64,000 nucleotides of DNA from Chloroflexota bacterium (GCA_016178045.1 JACOUE010000019.1:1377-65376), one strand, 5' to 3'. Counted from the first letter of the stretch, positions 18,338 through 29,272 are shown. Made by a program: numbers and translations. The notes: a model not told the origin generated them from the letters alone.

Positions 18338-19113
18338 GGCACGAAGGGAAAGATGCGCTTGATGAAGCTCCGGGTGGTGGGCCACCACCCCATCACCCGC
18401 GGCGTCACCGTTAGGCCGCGCCAGGTCTGCCGCAGGATCTGCCCCAACCCTATTTCCGCCAACGAGGGGTGGTGACCGGCGACTCCCTCCGTCGTGCGGG
18501 CCAGGATGCTGCGCTTCAGGTCCTCTGCGGTCCTGCCCTCGAAGAGCGTGTAGGCGCTGCCCACGGCCTTGAGGAAGTGGGCGTCGCTGCCGCCCACCTC
18601 GGCCAGGTGGTATTGCTCGCGGTTGAGGCGGTGGGCCTTCTCCAGCGTCACCCGCGCCCCCAGCGACTGGTTGGCCGTCTCCAAGCCGTCCAGGTACACG
18701 CCCTCCCGGCCCGAGGCGAGGATGCGCTCGATTACCCGCTGGCCCAGGCTGCGCGTCAGCCAGCTCATGGGGTGAGGGATGATACAGACGCCGCCCTGGG
18801 AGTGCACCTCCTCCAGGGTCTTCTCAATGGAGGTGAAGGTGGAGACAGGCTCCTCGACGAAGAGGGCGAGGAGGTGGCCCTCCAGGGCCGTCACCTCCAT
18901 CCCAGGCACCACCTCGAAGCGGTAGCGCCCCCTAGCCCACGCTTCCCGCGCCTCGTGGGCGCCGCGGAGGCTGTCGTGGTCGGTGACGGCGATGACGTCC
19001 AGGTCGGTGGACGACTGCACGTAGTCCAGCAGCTCCGGGACGTCGGCCATGCCGTCGCCGATGGCGGAGTGGACGTGGAGGTCGGCCTTCCCCCGCTGCG
19101 GCCCAGCCTTCAT
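18334..19113 (-). CDS. PHP-domain metal-dependent phosphoesterase
   Basis: KADLHVHSAIGDG...VIAVTDHD...IPHP...GGSDAHF. It has ATGA overlaps at both ends. Confidence 0.75.
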   Translation of the reverse strand: MKAGPQRGKADLHVHSAIGDGMADVPELLDYVQSSTDLDVIAVTDHDSLRGAHEAREAWARGRYRFEVVPGMEVTALEGHLLALFVEEPVSTFTSIEKTLEEVHSQGGVCIIPHPMSWLTRSLGQRVIERILASGREGVYLDGLETANQSLGARVTLEKAHRLNREQYHLAEVGGSDAHFLKAVGSAYTLFEGRTAEDLKRSILARTTEGVAGHHPSLAEIGLGQILRQTWRGLTVTPRVMGWWPTTRSFIKRIFPFVP

Positions 19114-20027
19114 GCCGCCTTGCTCCGGGCCGCCACCGGCTCTCTGCCCGCCCGCTCCTTCGCGTCCCAGATGGACTCGAACACGATCCACTGGCCGGGG
19201 TCCTGCCGCAGGTGCTTCTCGAACCGCTCCAGGAAGCGGATGGCGCTGGCACGGACGTTGTGCTTCATGTCGCCGCTCAGGTCCATCTCCAGCGGCTTTT
19301 CCAGGAACGCCTCGATCTTGTCGAACTCGCGGCGGTAGCAGAAGACGGGGATGACGGTGGCGCCGGTGCGGATGGCCACCTCAATGGGGCCGGTGGGCAT
19401 GTACGTCTCCTCGCCAAAGAAGGGCAGGAGCGCCTTCGGTCCCTCGATGTCGCGGTCGCACATGAGGGCGACGACGCCGCCGGACCTGATGATGCGCACG
19501 GCCGCCTTCACGTTCGCCATGTTCACCGGCACGAAGGCGTGCCCGTGGTAAGAGCGCAGAGCGTCCACCAGGCGCGAGAGGCGCGGCGGACTCAGGGGCT
19601 CCGTAAGGGCGAACGCCTTGACGCCACGGGGGAGGATGCCCTGTACCGCCAGCTCCGGGTTGCCGAAGTGGCCGCTGATCAGGATGACGCCCTTGCCCGG
19701 CTTGATGGCCGGCAGCACGTTCTCGTCGAAGCCGTGGTAGGTGAGGCGGCGGTCGTAGAAGTCGTCCAGGTCCATGTGGGGGAGGCGTATCAGGTCGGCG
19801 TAGTACTTGGCGACGTTGCGGAAGACCTGGCGGGCCGCCTTCCGCACTTCCGACTCCGGCGCGTCCGGGCCCAGGACGTGGCGCATGTTGTCCCAGACGT
19901 TCCGCCTTATGCGGGGGAAGGTGAGGTAGACCATGTCCGCGACGAACTCCACGAACCGGTAGAGCGGGCGCGTCGGCAGGTAGGCAAGGCTGTGGAGGAC
20001 GATCTGGAACAGTATGTATTTCCACAT
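19110..20027 (-). CDS. Lysophospholipid/lipid A (LpxL/HtrB-like) acyltransferase
   Basis: It carries the ISGHFGNPE (H-x4-E) acyltransferase motif. Its position is equivalent to the PIM acyltransferase of actinobacterial pgsA1-pimA clusters. Confidence 0.8.
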   Translation of the reverse strand: MWKYILFQIVLHSLAYLPTRPLYRFVEFVADMVYLTFPRIRRNVWDNMRHVLGPDAPESEVRKAARQVFRNVAKYYADLIRLPHMDLDDFYDRRLTYHGFDENVLPAIKPGKGVILISGHFGNPELAVQGILPRGVKAFALTEPLSPPRLSRLVDALRSYHGHAFVPVNMANVKAAVRIIRSGGVVALMCDRDIEGPKALLPFFGEETYMPTGPIEVAIRTGATVIPVFCYRREFDKIEAFLEKPLEMDLSGDMKHNVRASAIRFLERFEKHLRQDPGQWIVFESIWDAKERAGREPVAARSKAA

Positions 20028-20058
20028 GGGACGCTAGGAGGACAGCGGCAGGGCGGAC

Positions 20059-21147
20059 CTAGGCCGGCGTTTGACCGTTCTTGCCCTCGATGAACTCCTC
20101 CGTCAGGATGCGGGCCTGCTCATCGGTGAACTGCTTCGGTGGGGACTTCATGAAGTAGGCGCTGGGACCCGAAAGCGCCCCCGGTACTCCCCGGTCGATG
20201 GCCAGCTTGCAGCACCGGATGGCGTCGATGACGACGCCGGCGGAGTTGGGGCTGTCCCACACCTCCAGTTTCACCTCCAGGTTTAGCGGCACCTCGCCGA
20301 AGGCCGTCCCTTCCATGCGGATGTAGCACCACTTGCGGTCCTGGAGCCAGGGCACGTAGTCGCTCGGCCCGATGTGCACGTTCCCCTCGCCTATGGGGTA
20401 GTCGAGCTGGGAGGTGACGGCATTGGTCTTGGAGATCTTCTTGGACATCAGCCGCTCCCGCTCCAGCATGTTGAGGAAGTCTGTATTGCCGCCGAAGTTG
20501 AGCTGGTAGGTGCGGTCCAGGCGGACGCCGCGGTCGTGGAAGAGGCGGGTGAGGACGCGGTGGAGGATAGTGGCGCCCAGCTGCGACTTGATGTCGTCGC
20601 CGACGATGGCCGCGCCCCGCTCCTCGAAGCGCTTCTGCCAGTACTTCTCACGGGCGATGAAGACCGGCATGCAGTTGACGAAGGCGCACCCGGCCTGGAG
20701 CAGCTGCTCCACGTACCACTTCGTCGCCTCCTCGCTGCCCACCGGCAGGTAGTTCACCACGACGTGAGTGTCGCTGTCGCGCAGGATGCGAGCGATGTCC
20801 GAAGTGGGTCCGGGCGCCTTAGTCACGATCTGCGAGACGTACTTGCCGAGGCCGTCGTGGGTCATGCCCCGGGAGACGGGCACGCCCAGGTGGGGCACGT
20901 CGGCGAACTTGTGGGTGTTGTTGGGCGGAGTGAATATCGCCTCCGACAGGTCCTTCCCGACCTTGTTCGAGTCGATGTCGAAGGCGGCGACGAATTCGAT
21001 GTCACTGACGTGGTAGCCGCCCAGGTTCACGTGCATCAGCCCGGGCACGAAGTCCTTCTCGTCGGCGTTGTGGTAGAAGTGGACCCCCTGCACCAGAGAA
21101 GAAGCACAGTTGCCCACGCCTACGATCGCGACGTTGATCTTGCCCAA
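20059..21147 (-). CDS. ino1: myo-Inositol-1-phosphate synthase
   Basis: [23 protein letters not shown]. The probable start is TTG 21147 behind GGAG; the ORF track extends to 21192. Confidence 0.88.
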   Translation of the reverse strand: MGKINVAIVGVGNCASSLVQGVHFYHNADEKDFVPGLMHVNLGGYHVSDIEFVAAFDIDSNKVGKDLSEAIFTPPNNTHKFADVPHLGVPVSRGMTHDGLGKYVSQIVTKAPGPTSDIARILRDSDTHVVVNYLPVGSEEATKWYVEQLLQAGCAFVNCMPVFIAREKYWQKRFEERGAAIVGDDIKSQLGATILHRVLTRLFHDRGVRLDRTYQLNFGGNTDFLNMLERERLMSKKISKTNAVTSQLDYPIGEGNVHIGPSDYVPWLQDRKWCYIRMEGTAFGEVPLNLEVKLEVWDSPNSAGVVIDAIRCCKLAIDRGVPGALSGPSAYFMKSPPKQFTDEQARILTEEFIEGKNGQTPA

Positions 21148-21230
21148 GTCTCTTCTCCTCCTGCTACGCCTCGACCGGCGAACCGCATGCATTTTAGCGT
21201 TATCTATCGGGGCCCAGCAAGCGCCGGCCC

Positions 21231-21959
21231 TTGTTCGTCCCTCCGGCCCTTTGTTATGCTCCCTTCCACAGGAAGCGAGCGGTGATCTACGATTTTCACA
21301 CTCATTCTACCCTAAGCGACGGCGCCCTATCGCCCCTCGAGGTCATCCGCCGCGCCCACGTCCACGGCTACAAGGGCCTGGCCATCACCGACCACGTAGG
21401 CATCGGTGGGATCGATCGGGTGGCCCAGGAGCTGTCCAGGGACTGCGACCTCGCCCGCCGGCACTGGGACATAATCTCGCTCCCGGGCGTCGAGATCACC
21501 CACGTCCCGCCCGGCGGCATCGGCGGGGCCGCGCAGGCGGCCCGCGAGGCGGGGGCGCTGGTAGTAGTGGTGCACGGCGAGACAGTAGCGGAGCCGGTGG
21601 AGGCGGGCACCAACCGGGGGGCAATCGCGTGCGGCCTGGTAGATGTGCTGGCGCATCCCGGTCTCATAACCCTGGAGGACGCGAAGCTGGCAGCGGAGAA
21701 GGGCGTCTTCCTGGAGCTGTCCGCCAAGCCCGGCCACGCCGTCACCAACGGGCACGTAGCCCGTATGGCGAGGCTGGCCGGGGCGAGGCTAATCGTGGAC
21801 TCCGACAACCACGACCTGGACTTCCTCACGCCGGAGCGCATCCGCGCCGTCGTCCTCGGGGCGGGGCTCAACGAAGAGGACCTGGAGGAGATAGCGACGG
21901 CGAACCCCCTCCTGCTACTGGACAGAGTGGCAGCACAGCAGGTACCGAAGCTGACTTGA
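21231..21959 (+). CDS. PHP-family phosphoesterase (histidinol-phosphatase-like)
   Basis: [13 protein letters not shown]...AITDH...VVHGE...DSDNH. The start is uncertain (GTG 21282 is possible). It is divergent from ino1. Confidence 0.75.
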   Translation: MFVPPALCYAPFHRKRAVIYDFHTHSTLSDGALSPLEVIRRAHVHGYKGLAITDHVGIGGIDRVAQELSRDCDLARRHWDIISLPGVEITHVPPGGIGGAAQAAREAGALVVVVHGETVAEPVEAGTNRGAIACGLVDVLAHPGLITLEDAKLAAEKGVFLELSAKPGHAVTNGHVARMARLAGARLIVDSDNHDLDFLTPERIRAVVLGAGLNEEDLEEIATANPLLLLDRVAAQQVPKLT

Positions 21960-22039
21960 GTGCCGACTCTGGAGCGCGGCCGAGGGAGGTACGCGGCCTC
22001 CCCGGCAGACTCAAACGAAGCAGACGATAGGCGAGACGC

Positions 22040-22180
22040 CTATCCCTTCCCGATGCGGTACATCTTGGTGCCGCAGACAGGGCAACTGCCCTGCGTGGCC
22101 GGTCGCCCGTTCTTGAGGGTGACCTGCTGAGGGTTGCGCATGTCGCGCTTGGTGCGGCACTTCAGGCAGTAAGCCTGCAT
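22040..22180 (-). CDS. Small zinc-ribbon protein (DUF5679-like), 46 aa
   Basis: Hand translation gives MQAYCLKCRTKRDMRNPQQVTLKNGRPATQGSCPVCGTKMYRIGKG, with two CxxC pairs. It is absent from the ORF track because it is under 60 aa. Confidence 0.6.
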   Translation of the reverse strand: MQAYCLKCRTKRDMRNPQQVTLKNGRPATQGSCPVCGTKMYRIGKG

Positions 22181-22312
22181 TTCAACCCCCTTTGGTTCAC
22201 TAGAAGCTGCCCGCCTTCTTCGCGCCTTAGGATACCCGTTTTCGGGCAGATGTCAAGAGGAGTAGCGTGGAAATACGAGGTCAATTGGCAAATTCGCTAT
22301 CAACGGCCGTAT

Positions 22313-23227
22313 TCAGGCGGGCGGAAACACCTTCTCGGGCCGCCATAGAGGCGCCGCGGCGTCGAACCGCATCACAGCCACGAACCGGCCGTCCTCCCCG
22401 TACGCCCGCGCCCGCCCGGCCGCTTCGGCGTCCTTGAGCCGCTCGAAGGCCGGCCGGTCGGCGAATATGGCGCAGCCGTGGCGCACGTCCTTTTCTTCCT
22501 CCATGTCGAGGACGACCGACGGCATCTGGCCGAGGCCAAAGTCCATGGGAATGAGGTGCTCGCGCCAGCGCCCGCTCTCCTGGCCGGCCTCCAGTTCCTC
22601 GATGGGCACAGCGTCCTCGATCGGGAACGGGCCGATGCGCGTGCGCTCCAGGGAGTGCAGGTGGGCGCCGCACCCGAGCGTCAGGCCCAGGTCGTGGGCC
22701 AGGGTGCGGATATAGGTCCCTTTGCCGCACTCCACCTCCAGGGCCACGAGCGGCGGCTCGAAGCCCAGGAGGTCGATGCGATAGATGACGGCCTTGCGCG
22801 GCGCCAGGGTCAGGGGCCGGCCGGCGCGGGCGTAGCGGTGGGCCGGCGTGCCGGCCCGCTTGACGGCGCTGTAGGCGGGCGGCACCTGCAACACCTCGCC
22901 GACGAACTCCGCGAGCGCTTCCCGCACCTGCGCCTCGGTGACGGCGTTGAAGTCTGCCTCTGCCGTAAGCCGGCCCGTAGCGTCGTACGTGTCCGTGGCG
23001 AAGCCCAGCTTCACCTCCGCCCGGTACGTCTTCGGCAGGTCCATCAGGTACTGGCTGATACGCGCGGCCTGGCCGAGGAGGATCAGCAGAACTCCGGTGG
23101 CCTGAGGGTCCAGGGTACCGGCGTGCCCCACGCGCCGCTGGCCCGAGAGGCGGCGGACGGAAGCGACGACTTTGAAGGAGGTCCAGCCGGGCGGTTTGTT
23201 GACGTTGAGGACGCCGGTATCGCTCAA
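22313..23227 (-). CDS. truB: tRNA pseudouridine(55) synthase TruB
   Basis: GVLNVNKPPGWTSFKVV...GHAGTLDPQATGVL. Confidence 0.92.
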   Translation of the reverse strand: MSDTGVLNVNKPPGWTSFKVVASVRRLSGQRRVGHAGTLDPQATGVLLILLGQAARISQYLMDLPKTYRAEVKLGFATDTYDATGRLTAEADFNAVTEAQVREALAEFVGEVLQVPPAYSAVKRAGTPAHRYARAGRPLTLAPRKAVIYRIDLLGFEPPLVALEVECGKGTYIRTLAHDLGLTLGCGAHLHSLERTRIGPFPIEDAVPIEELEAGQESGRWREHLIPMDFGLGQMPSVVLDMEEEKDVRHGCAIFADRPAFERLKDAEAAGRARAYGEDGRFVAVMRFDAAAPLWRPEKVFPPA

Positions 23228-23229
23228 GT

Positions 23230-23583
23230 CTATTCGCGGCGCTTGCGGCCCAGCTCGTTCATCATCTCCAGGATGTGGGCCGCCTCCTCGATCGACTCGT
23301 CCAGGCGGAACTGGAGGATGGGCACGCGCTTGATGATGAGGCGGTCCCTGAGCTCATGTCGGAGGTAGGCGGCCGCCGCCGTGAGGGCGGTCATGGAGAG
23401 CGCCTTCTCCTCGGGAGTGCCCATTATGCTCACGTACACGCGGGCGTGCTGGAGGTCGGGCGACGTGTCGACGTGGGTGATAGAGGTGAACTCGGCGAGG
23501 CGGGGGTCCTTGACCTGGCGGCGGAGGAGGTCGGAGATCTCTCGCCGCAGAAGGACGTTCAGCCGTTCCAGGCGGCGGCTCAC
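23230..23583 (-). CDS. rbfA: Ribosome-binding factor A
   Basis: RLNVLLRREISDLL...VTITHVDTSPDLQHARVYVS. Confidence 0.9.
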   Translation of the reverse strand: MSRRLERLNVLLRREISDLLRRQVKDPRLAEFTSITHVDTSPDLQHARVYVSIMGTPEEKALSMTALTAAAAYLRHELRDRLIIKRVPILQFRLDESIEEAAHILEMMNELGRKRRE

Positions 23584-23610
23584 GGGTCGGCACCTCCTAT
23601 CCCGGCCTGG

Positions 23611-25497
23611 TTACGTCTTGGGGGCTCGGCGACGGCGTACCGGGGCCTTCTTGGCGGGAGCGGGCGAAGCGGCATCAGTCCCCGGCATGCGGCTCTCCTG
23701 GTGGAAGGCCTCGATGACGTCGCTTTCCTGGAAGTCGTCGAACCCTTCGACGCCGATGCCGCACTCGTAGCCGGTCTGGACCTCCCGCACGTCCTCCTGG
23801 AAGCGGCGCAGGCTGGCCACGCGCGACGTGTGGAGCACCTCGCCGCCCCGCTGAACGCGGCAGAGTGAGTTTCGGCTGACGGAGCCGTCGAGTAGGTAGC
23901 AGCCGGCCACCCGGCCGCCCCTTACCTTGAAGATGGCGCGCACCTCGGCGTGGCCGTCCACCACCTCGACCACCTCCGGCTCCAGCAGGCCCTGGACGGC
24001 CTTCTCCAGGTCCTCGGTCAGTTTGTAGATGATCTCGTAGTGGCGGATGTCGACGGTCTCGGCCTCGGCCAGACGGCGGGCCCCCGGGTCGGTGCGGACG
24101 TGGAAGCCGATGATGATGCCCTGAGAGGCGAGCGCGAGCATGACGTCGGACTCGCTGACGTTGCCGGTGCCGGTGTGGATGACCTTTACCTTGACGTTCT
24201 TGGAGCTCAGCCGCTCCACGGCCGTGCGGATCGCCTCGATGCTGCCCTGGACGTCCGCCTTGATCACGACGTTCAGCTCTTTGACCTTGCCCGCGGCGAT
24301 CTCGCCGGAGACGGCTTCCAGGGTCACGGCCCGTCCGCCCGTGCGTGCGAGGGCCTGCTGGCGCTCCCGCTCCTCCATGACGGTGCGGGCCGACTTCTCG
24401 TCCTTGAGGGCGGTGATGGCGTCGCCGGCGCGCGGCACGTCCTCCAGCCCCATGATCTTCACCGGCACCGAAGGCCCCGCTTCCCGGACGCGCTGGCCCC
24501 GGTCGTTGAACATGGCCTTGATCTTGCCCCAGGTGTCGCCCACGACGATCGCGTCGCCGACATGCAGGGTGCCTGTCTGCACGAGGACGGTGGCCATGGG
24601 ACCACGGGAGGCGTCCAGCTCGGCCTCGACGACGCTGCCGGCGGCCGGCCGGTCGGGGTTGGCCTTCAGCTCGGATATCTCAGAAACGAGGATGATGTGC
24701 TCCAGGAGGTCCGGTATGCCCTCCGCGGTCTTGGCGGAGACGGGGATGGCGATGACGTCACCGCCCCACTCCTCGATCAGGAGGTTGTGCTCCGTCAGCT
24801 GCTGCTTCACGCGCTCCGCATTGGCGTCCGTGAGGTCGACTTTGTTGATGGCGACGATGATGGGGACACTGGCGGCCTTGGCGTGGTCGATCGCCTCGAC
24901 GGTCTGGGGCATGACGCCGTCGTCGGCGGCGACGACGAGCACGGCGATATCGGTCACCTTGGCCCCGCGCGCCCTCATGGCGGTGAACGCCTCGTGGCCG
25001 GGGGTGTCGATGAAGGTGATCTTGTGGCCGCCGGCGGTAGGCTTGCCCTCCGCCGATACCTCCACCTGGTACGCCCCGATGTGCTGGGTGATGCCGCCGA
25101 CCTCCCCCGCGGTGACGTTGGTCTGGCGTATGGCGTCCAGGAGGCTGGTCTTACCGTGGTCGACGTGGCCCATCACCGTGACGACGGGGGGCCGCAACTG
25201 GAGCTTCTTCGGGTCCTCCTCCTCTTCGACCGCCTCTTTGGCGGCCGCGGCCTGCTCTTCTCTGGGCTGGGGCTGAAAGCCGAGCTGCTGGGCCACCGCG
25301 GCCGCCGTCTCGTAGTCGATGCTCTGGTTGATGGCGGCCATGACCCCGTTCTTCATCAGCTCCTTGATGACCTCGATGGGGGAGACGTTCAGGAGGTCGC
25401 CCAGCTCCCGTACGGCCAGCGCCGCCGGTATGACGGCCTGCTTGCTGGCCTGGGCCGTCCCGGTGGCGGCCTGTTCGTTCGCTGCGTCGGCGCTCAT
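23611..25497 (-). CDS. infB: Translation initiation factor IF-2
   Basis: [20 protein letters not shown]...DTPGHEAF...NKVD. Confidence 0.95.
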   Translation of the reverse strand: MSADAANEQAATGTAQASKQAVIPAALAVRELGDLLNVSPIEVIKELMKNGVMAAINQSIDYETAAAVAQQLGFQPQPREEQAAAAKEAVEEEEDPKKLQLRPPVVTVMGHVDHGKTSLLDAIRQTNVTAGEVGGITQHIGAYQVEVSAEGKPTAGGHKITFIDTPGHEAFTAMRARGAKVTDIAVLVVAADDGVMPQTVEAIDHAKAASVPIIVAINKVDLTDANAERVKQQLTEHNLLIEEWGGDVIAIPVSAKTAEGIPDLLEHIILVSEISELKANPDRPAAGSVVEAELDASRGPMATVLVQTGTLHVGDAIVVGDTWGKIKAMFNDRGQRVREAGPSVPVKIMGLEDVPRAGDAITALKDEKSARTVMEERERQQALARTGGRAVTLEAVSGEIAAGKVKELNVVIKADVQGSIEAIRTAVERLSSKNVKVKVIHTGTGNVSESDVMLALASQGIIIGFHVRTDPGARRLAEAETVDIRHYEIIYKLTEDLEKAVQGLLEPEVVEVVDGHAEVRAIFKVRGGRVAGCYLLDGSVSRNSLCRVQRGGEVLHTSRVASLRRFQEDVREVQTGYECGIGVEGFDDFQESDVIEAFHQESRMPGTDAASPAPAKKAPVRRRRAPKT

Positions 25498-25802
25498 GGC
25501 TTCTCTTCGTCCCGCAGGGACTTAGCGTACTCCATCAGGTTCTGCTTGTGTTCGGCGGTCAGAGTGGCGCGGAGGCCGAAGTCCAGGCGGTCCTTCTTCA
25601 GGGCTGCCTCCCAGCAGGCGTAATCGCGGCAGAGGTAGGCGCCGCGGCCGGCCTTTTTGCCGGTCGCGTCTACTTCGACCCCGCCTTCGACCGTACGCAC
25701 CACCCGCACCAGCTCTCGCTTGGCGGTGTTGCGGCGGCAGGCGACGCACGTACGGAGGGGCACATGCTTGGCCCTTGGTCGGGCGGCTGTCTTGGCGGCC
25801 AT
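25494..25802 (-). CDS. ylxR: YlxR/RnpM (DUF448) RNA-binding protein
   Basis: PLRTCVACRRNTAKRELVRVV...GRGAYLC. It lies between nusA and infB. Confidence 0.85.
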   Translation of the reverse strand: MAAKTAARPRAKHVPLRTCVACRRNTAKRELVRVVRTVEGGVEVDATGKKAGRGAYLCRDYACWEAALKKDRLDFGLRATLTAEHKQNLMEYAKSLRDEEKP

Positions 25803-25821
25803 GGTCAGAACCTTCGGCTGG

Positions 25822-27264
25822 CTAAAGGTTCGGGTCCTCCCCGAGGTTCAGGTCCTCCTCGAGTTCCTCGTCCTCGAGCACGGGGCGGCGTGGGGCCTTC
25901 TTGGCCTTCTTCGCTTTGCCTTCTGTCTCCTCCCGTTGACGGGTGGCCTTCTTGCTCTTCTTCTTGGACTCGGTCTTGGGTGGAGTCAGGACGTCCTCGG
26001 CGAAGCGGATCACCGGCTTGGTGGGCCCGGCGCCCACGCCTACAGGTTCGGTCTCCCCGGCTGGGGGCGCAGCGGGCGCCTCTCCGGCAGGCGCTGTCCC
26101 GGCGGCGGCCTCCTCCCCCTCGATTACCTCCATCCAGGGCTCAACGGGCCGCTCTTCCTCGGTGACCTCGATCGCGCGCTTCTTCGCCGGGCGCTTGGCG
26201 GGAGCGGCCTCGGGCTCGGGGGCCGTGACCGCCTCCACCGCTGACTCGGGCTTGATGTCGATGCGCCAGCCGGTGAGCTTGGCGGCAAGGCGGGCGTTCT
26301 GGCCTTCCTTGCCGATGGCCAGCGAGAGCTGGCGGTCGGGCACGATGACGGAAGCGGTGTTCTCGGCCTCGCTGATCCCTACTCTGATCACCTGGGCCGG
26401 GCTCAGGGCGTTGGCCACGAAGCGGTTGGCCTCGCCGTCCCACTGGATCACGTCGATGCGCTCGCCGTTGAGCTCGTTGACGATGTTCTGGATGCGAATA
26501 CCGCGCAGCCCCACGCACGAGCCGACGGGGTCGACGCCCTCCTGCCGGGCGCTTACGGCAACCTTGCTCCGGTGGCCCGCCTCCCGGGCGATGGACTTGA
26601 TCTCGACCACGCCCTTGTATATCTCGGGGACCTCAAGCTCGAAGAGGCGCTTCAGCAGGTTCTTGTGCGTCCGCGACAGCACCAGCTGGGGGCCCCGGTT
26701 GGAGCGGAGCACCTCAAGGAGGTAGAACTTCATCCGCGTGCCGGGGCGGTACTGCTCCGTCCGCACCTGCTCCGAGGCCGGCAGTATGGCCTCCGTCTTG
26801 CCCAGGTCTATCACCGCCTGCTTGGGCTCGAGGCGCTGGATGACGCCGGAGACGATGTCGCCCTCGCGGTTGGAGAACTCCTCGAAGACCATCTCCCGCT
26901 CGGCCTCGCGCAGGCGCTGGAGGACGACCTGCTTGGCCGTCTGAGCGGCGATGCGACCGGCGTTGGCGGGCGTCACCTCGAACTCGATGACGTCGCCCAG
27001 CGCCGGGTTCGTCAGGTAAGCCTTCGCCTCGGCGACGGTCACCTCGATCTTCGGGTCCGTGACTTCGTCCACCACCGTCTTCTGCTGGTGGGCGTGGACG
27101 GAGCCCTTCTCCCGGTCGATGCGGACGACGATGTTGCCGACGAGGCCGGCGTCCCGCTTGTAGGCGGAGACGAGCGCCGCCTCGACGGCCTGGAGCACTA
27201 CCTCTTTGGGCAGGTTCTTCTCTGCCGCCAGCTGCGTTATCGCTATTAGGAACTCGCTCTTCAT
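25822..27264 (-). CDS. nusA: Transcription termination/antitermination factor NusA with K/E-rich C-terminal tail
   Basis: [24 protein letters not shown] begins at ATG 27264. S1 and two KH regions are recognisable. Confidence 0.93.
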   Translation of the reverse strand: MKSEFLIAITQLAAEKNLPKEVVLQAVEAALVSAYKRDAGLVGNIVVRIDREKGSVHAHQQKTVVDEVTDPKIEVTVAEAKAYLTNPALGDVIEFEVTPANAGRIAAQTAKQVVLQRLREAEREMVFEEFSNREGDIVSGVIQRLEPKQAVIDLGKTEAILPASEQVRTEQYRPGTRMKFYLLEVLRSNRGPQLVLSRTHKNLLKRLFELEVPEIYKGVVEIKSIAREAGHRSKVAVSARQEGVDPVGSCVGLRGIRIQNIVNELNGERIDVIQWDGEANRFVANALSPAQVIRVGISEAENTASVIVPDRQLSLAIGKEGQNARLAAKLTGWRIDIKPESAVEAVTAPEPEAAPAKRPAKKRAIEVTEEERPVEPWMEVIEGEEAAAGTAPAGEAPAAPPAGETEPVGVGAGPTKPVIRFAEDVLTPPKTESKKKSKKATRQREETEGKAKKAKKAPRRPVLEDEELEEDLNLGEDPNL

Positions 27265-27380
27265 TTTCGGCCGTCTCGCCCAATAAAAAAGTGGGGGCCA
27301 CCCACTCCAAAACAAAGGCCACTATTCCGCCTGCAATATAGCATGTCAAGTGGGGCCACGCAACCCCAGCGAGAAGGGAA

Positions 27381-29096
27381 TTATTCGGCCGCCGGTTGCC
27401 CGGCGATAGCTTCCCTAATAGCCTCCACGGCCCGATCCCTGGGCGCCAGCGCCGTATCCGGGCTGGTGCGGGCCTTCACCTCGACGGCGTCTTTCTCCAG
27501 CGTGCGCTGGCTAACGGTGACGCGCAGGGGCATGCCCAGGAGGTCGGCGTCGTTGAACTTGACCCCCGGCGTCTCGTCCCGGTCGTCGTACAGCACCTCG
27601 ATGCCGGCCTGCCGCATCTCGTCGTACAGGTGCTCGGACGCCTCCGTCACGGCGCTGCGGTCGCCCCCCAGGCTCACCAGGTGGACCTGGTATGGCGCCA
27701 GGGCGGGCGGCCAGACGATACCGCGCTCGTCGTGGTTCGCTTCGATGACCGCGGCCAGGAGCCGCTCCGTGCCGATACCGTACGACCCCATGATCACCGG
27801 CTTGGCCTTGCCGTCGCGGTCCAGGTAGGTGGCGCCCAGGCGCTCGCTGAAGAAGGTGCCCAGCTTGAAGATGTGGCCCATCTCGATCCCGCGGCGCACC
27901 TCAAGCGACCCGCCGCATTGGAGGCACCCGTACCCTTCCTTCGCCAGGGCGATGTCGGCGACGACGTCCGCCTTCCAGTCGCGCCCGTAGTTCACGTTCA
28001 GGAGGTGGGCGTCCGGCTTGTTGGCTCCCGCCACCAGGTTCCGCTCCTCCGGCAGGAGGTCGTCGGCGATGACCTTGACCCCCTTCAGGCCCACGGCGGA
28101 GGCCGAACCGGGCACGAAGCCGGCGCCGATCACCTCGTCCTCGGTCATGTAGTGCAGGTCGACGGCCCCGGCGGCGCGGCGCAGCTTCGTCTCGTTCACC
28201 TCCATGTCGCCGCGGATGGCCACGAATACGGGTTGGCCGTCGGCGGCGTAGAAGACGGCCTTGCAGGTCTTCGACGTGGGCACCTTCAGGTGGTGGGCCA
28301 GGTCCTGGATGGTGTAGAGGCCGGGCGTCGGGATCTCCTTCGCGGGCTGCGGCCTCTCCGAGGCGTGGGCGGCCTCCTTGCGGAACTGGGCGATCTCGGC
28401 GTTGGCGGCGTAGCCGCACGACTCGCAGAAGATGCAGGAGTCCTCGCCCACCTCGGTGAGGTGCATGAACTCGTGCGAGTCGCGGCCACCCATCGAGCCG
28501 GCGTCGGCCATGACGGCGACGGCGGGCAGGCCGCAGCGGCGGAAGACGTTGGAGTAGGCCTGGTACATCTTCTGGTAGGAGACGTCGAGCCCCTCCCAGT
28601 CGGTGTCGAAGCTGTAGAGGTCCTTCATGGTGAACTCGCGGAGGCGGATGAGGCCGGCCCGGGGTCGGGGCTCATCGCGGAACTTGCGCTGGATCTGGTA
28701 GACGAGCAGGGGGAGGTCGCGGTAGGACTTGACGTGGCGCTTGAACAGATCCGTCAGGACCTCCTCGTGCGTGGGGCCGAGGACGAACCGGCGTTCCCGG
28801 CGGTCGACGGTGTGGAAGAGGAGGTCCTTCCAGATCTGGTAGCGGCCAGTCTCCTCCCACATCTCCTGGGGCTGGAGGGCGGGCAGCATGATCTCCTGAC
28901 CGCCGGCGGCCTCCATCTCGTCGCGGATGACCTGCTCGATCTTGCGCAGGACCTTCCAGGCGAGGGGCAGGTAGGCGTAGACGCCGGCCGATGTCTGGCC
29001 GACGAGCCCCGCCTGGAGCAGCAGGCGGTGGGAGGGCGTCTCCGCCTCGGCCGGCGGCTGGCGCTGGGTCTTGCCGAAGAGCTGGGACAGGCGCAT
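27381..29096 (-). CDS. proS: Prolyl-tRNA synthetase (bacterial type with editing domain)
   Basis: 571 aa. MRLSQLFGKTQRQPP...FRDEPRPRAGLIRLREF... Confidence 0.95.
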   Translation of the reverse strand: MRLSQLFGKTQRQPPAEAETPSHRLLLQAGLVGQTSAGVYAYLPLAWKVLRKIEQVIRDEMEAAGGQEIMLPALQPQEMWEETGRYQIWKDLLFHTVDRRERRFVLGPTHEEVLTDLFKRHVKSYRDLPLLVYQIQRKFRDEPRPRAGLIRLREFTMKDLYSFDTDWEGLDVSYQKMYQAYSNVFRRCGLPAVAVMADAGSMGGRDSHEFMHLTEVGEDSCIFCESCGYAANAEIAQFRKEAAHASERPQPAKEIPTPGLYTIQDLAHHLKVPTSKTCKAVFYAADGQPVFVAIRGDMEVNETKLRRAAGAVDLHYMTEDEVIGAGFVPGSASAVGLKGVKVIADDLLPEERNLVAGANKPDAHLLNVNYGRDWKADVVADIALAKEGYGCLQCGGSLEVRRGIEMGHIFKLGTFFSERLGATYLDRDGKAKPVIMGSYGIGTERLLAAVIEANHDERGIVWPPALAPYQVHLVSLGGDRSAVTEASEHLYDEMRQAGIEVLYDDRDETPGVKFNDADLLGMPLRVTVSQRTLEKDAVEVKARTSPDTALAPRDRAVEAIREAIAGQPAAE

Positions 29097-29237
29097 TCCT
29101 GCTTCGCAGGATATGGGCCGTCGGGCAGGGGGTCAAGCTGCGGGCGTGCCTTCCTTTTTTTGCCTGGTGAATGACGTGAATGGCATTTCTATTAACAAGA
29201 ATTCAGAAATAGTTTGACTTTGAATCTGATGGTAGCC

Positions 29238-29266
29238 TTGACACCTGTCCCGACCGCCTTTATAGT
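29238..29266 (+). promoter_or_regulatory. Sigma70-like promoter P1 (TTGACA-17-TATAGT)
   Basis: TTGACA lies at 29238-29243, followed by a 17-nt spacer and TATAGT at 29261-29266. Confidence 0.5.
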
Positions 29267-29272
29267 AAAGTG

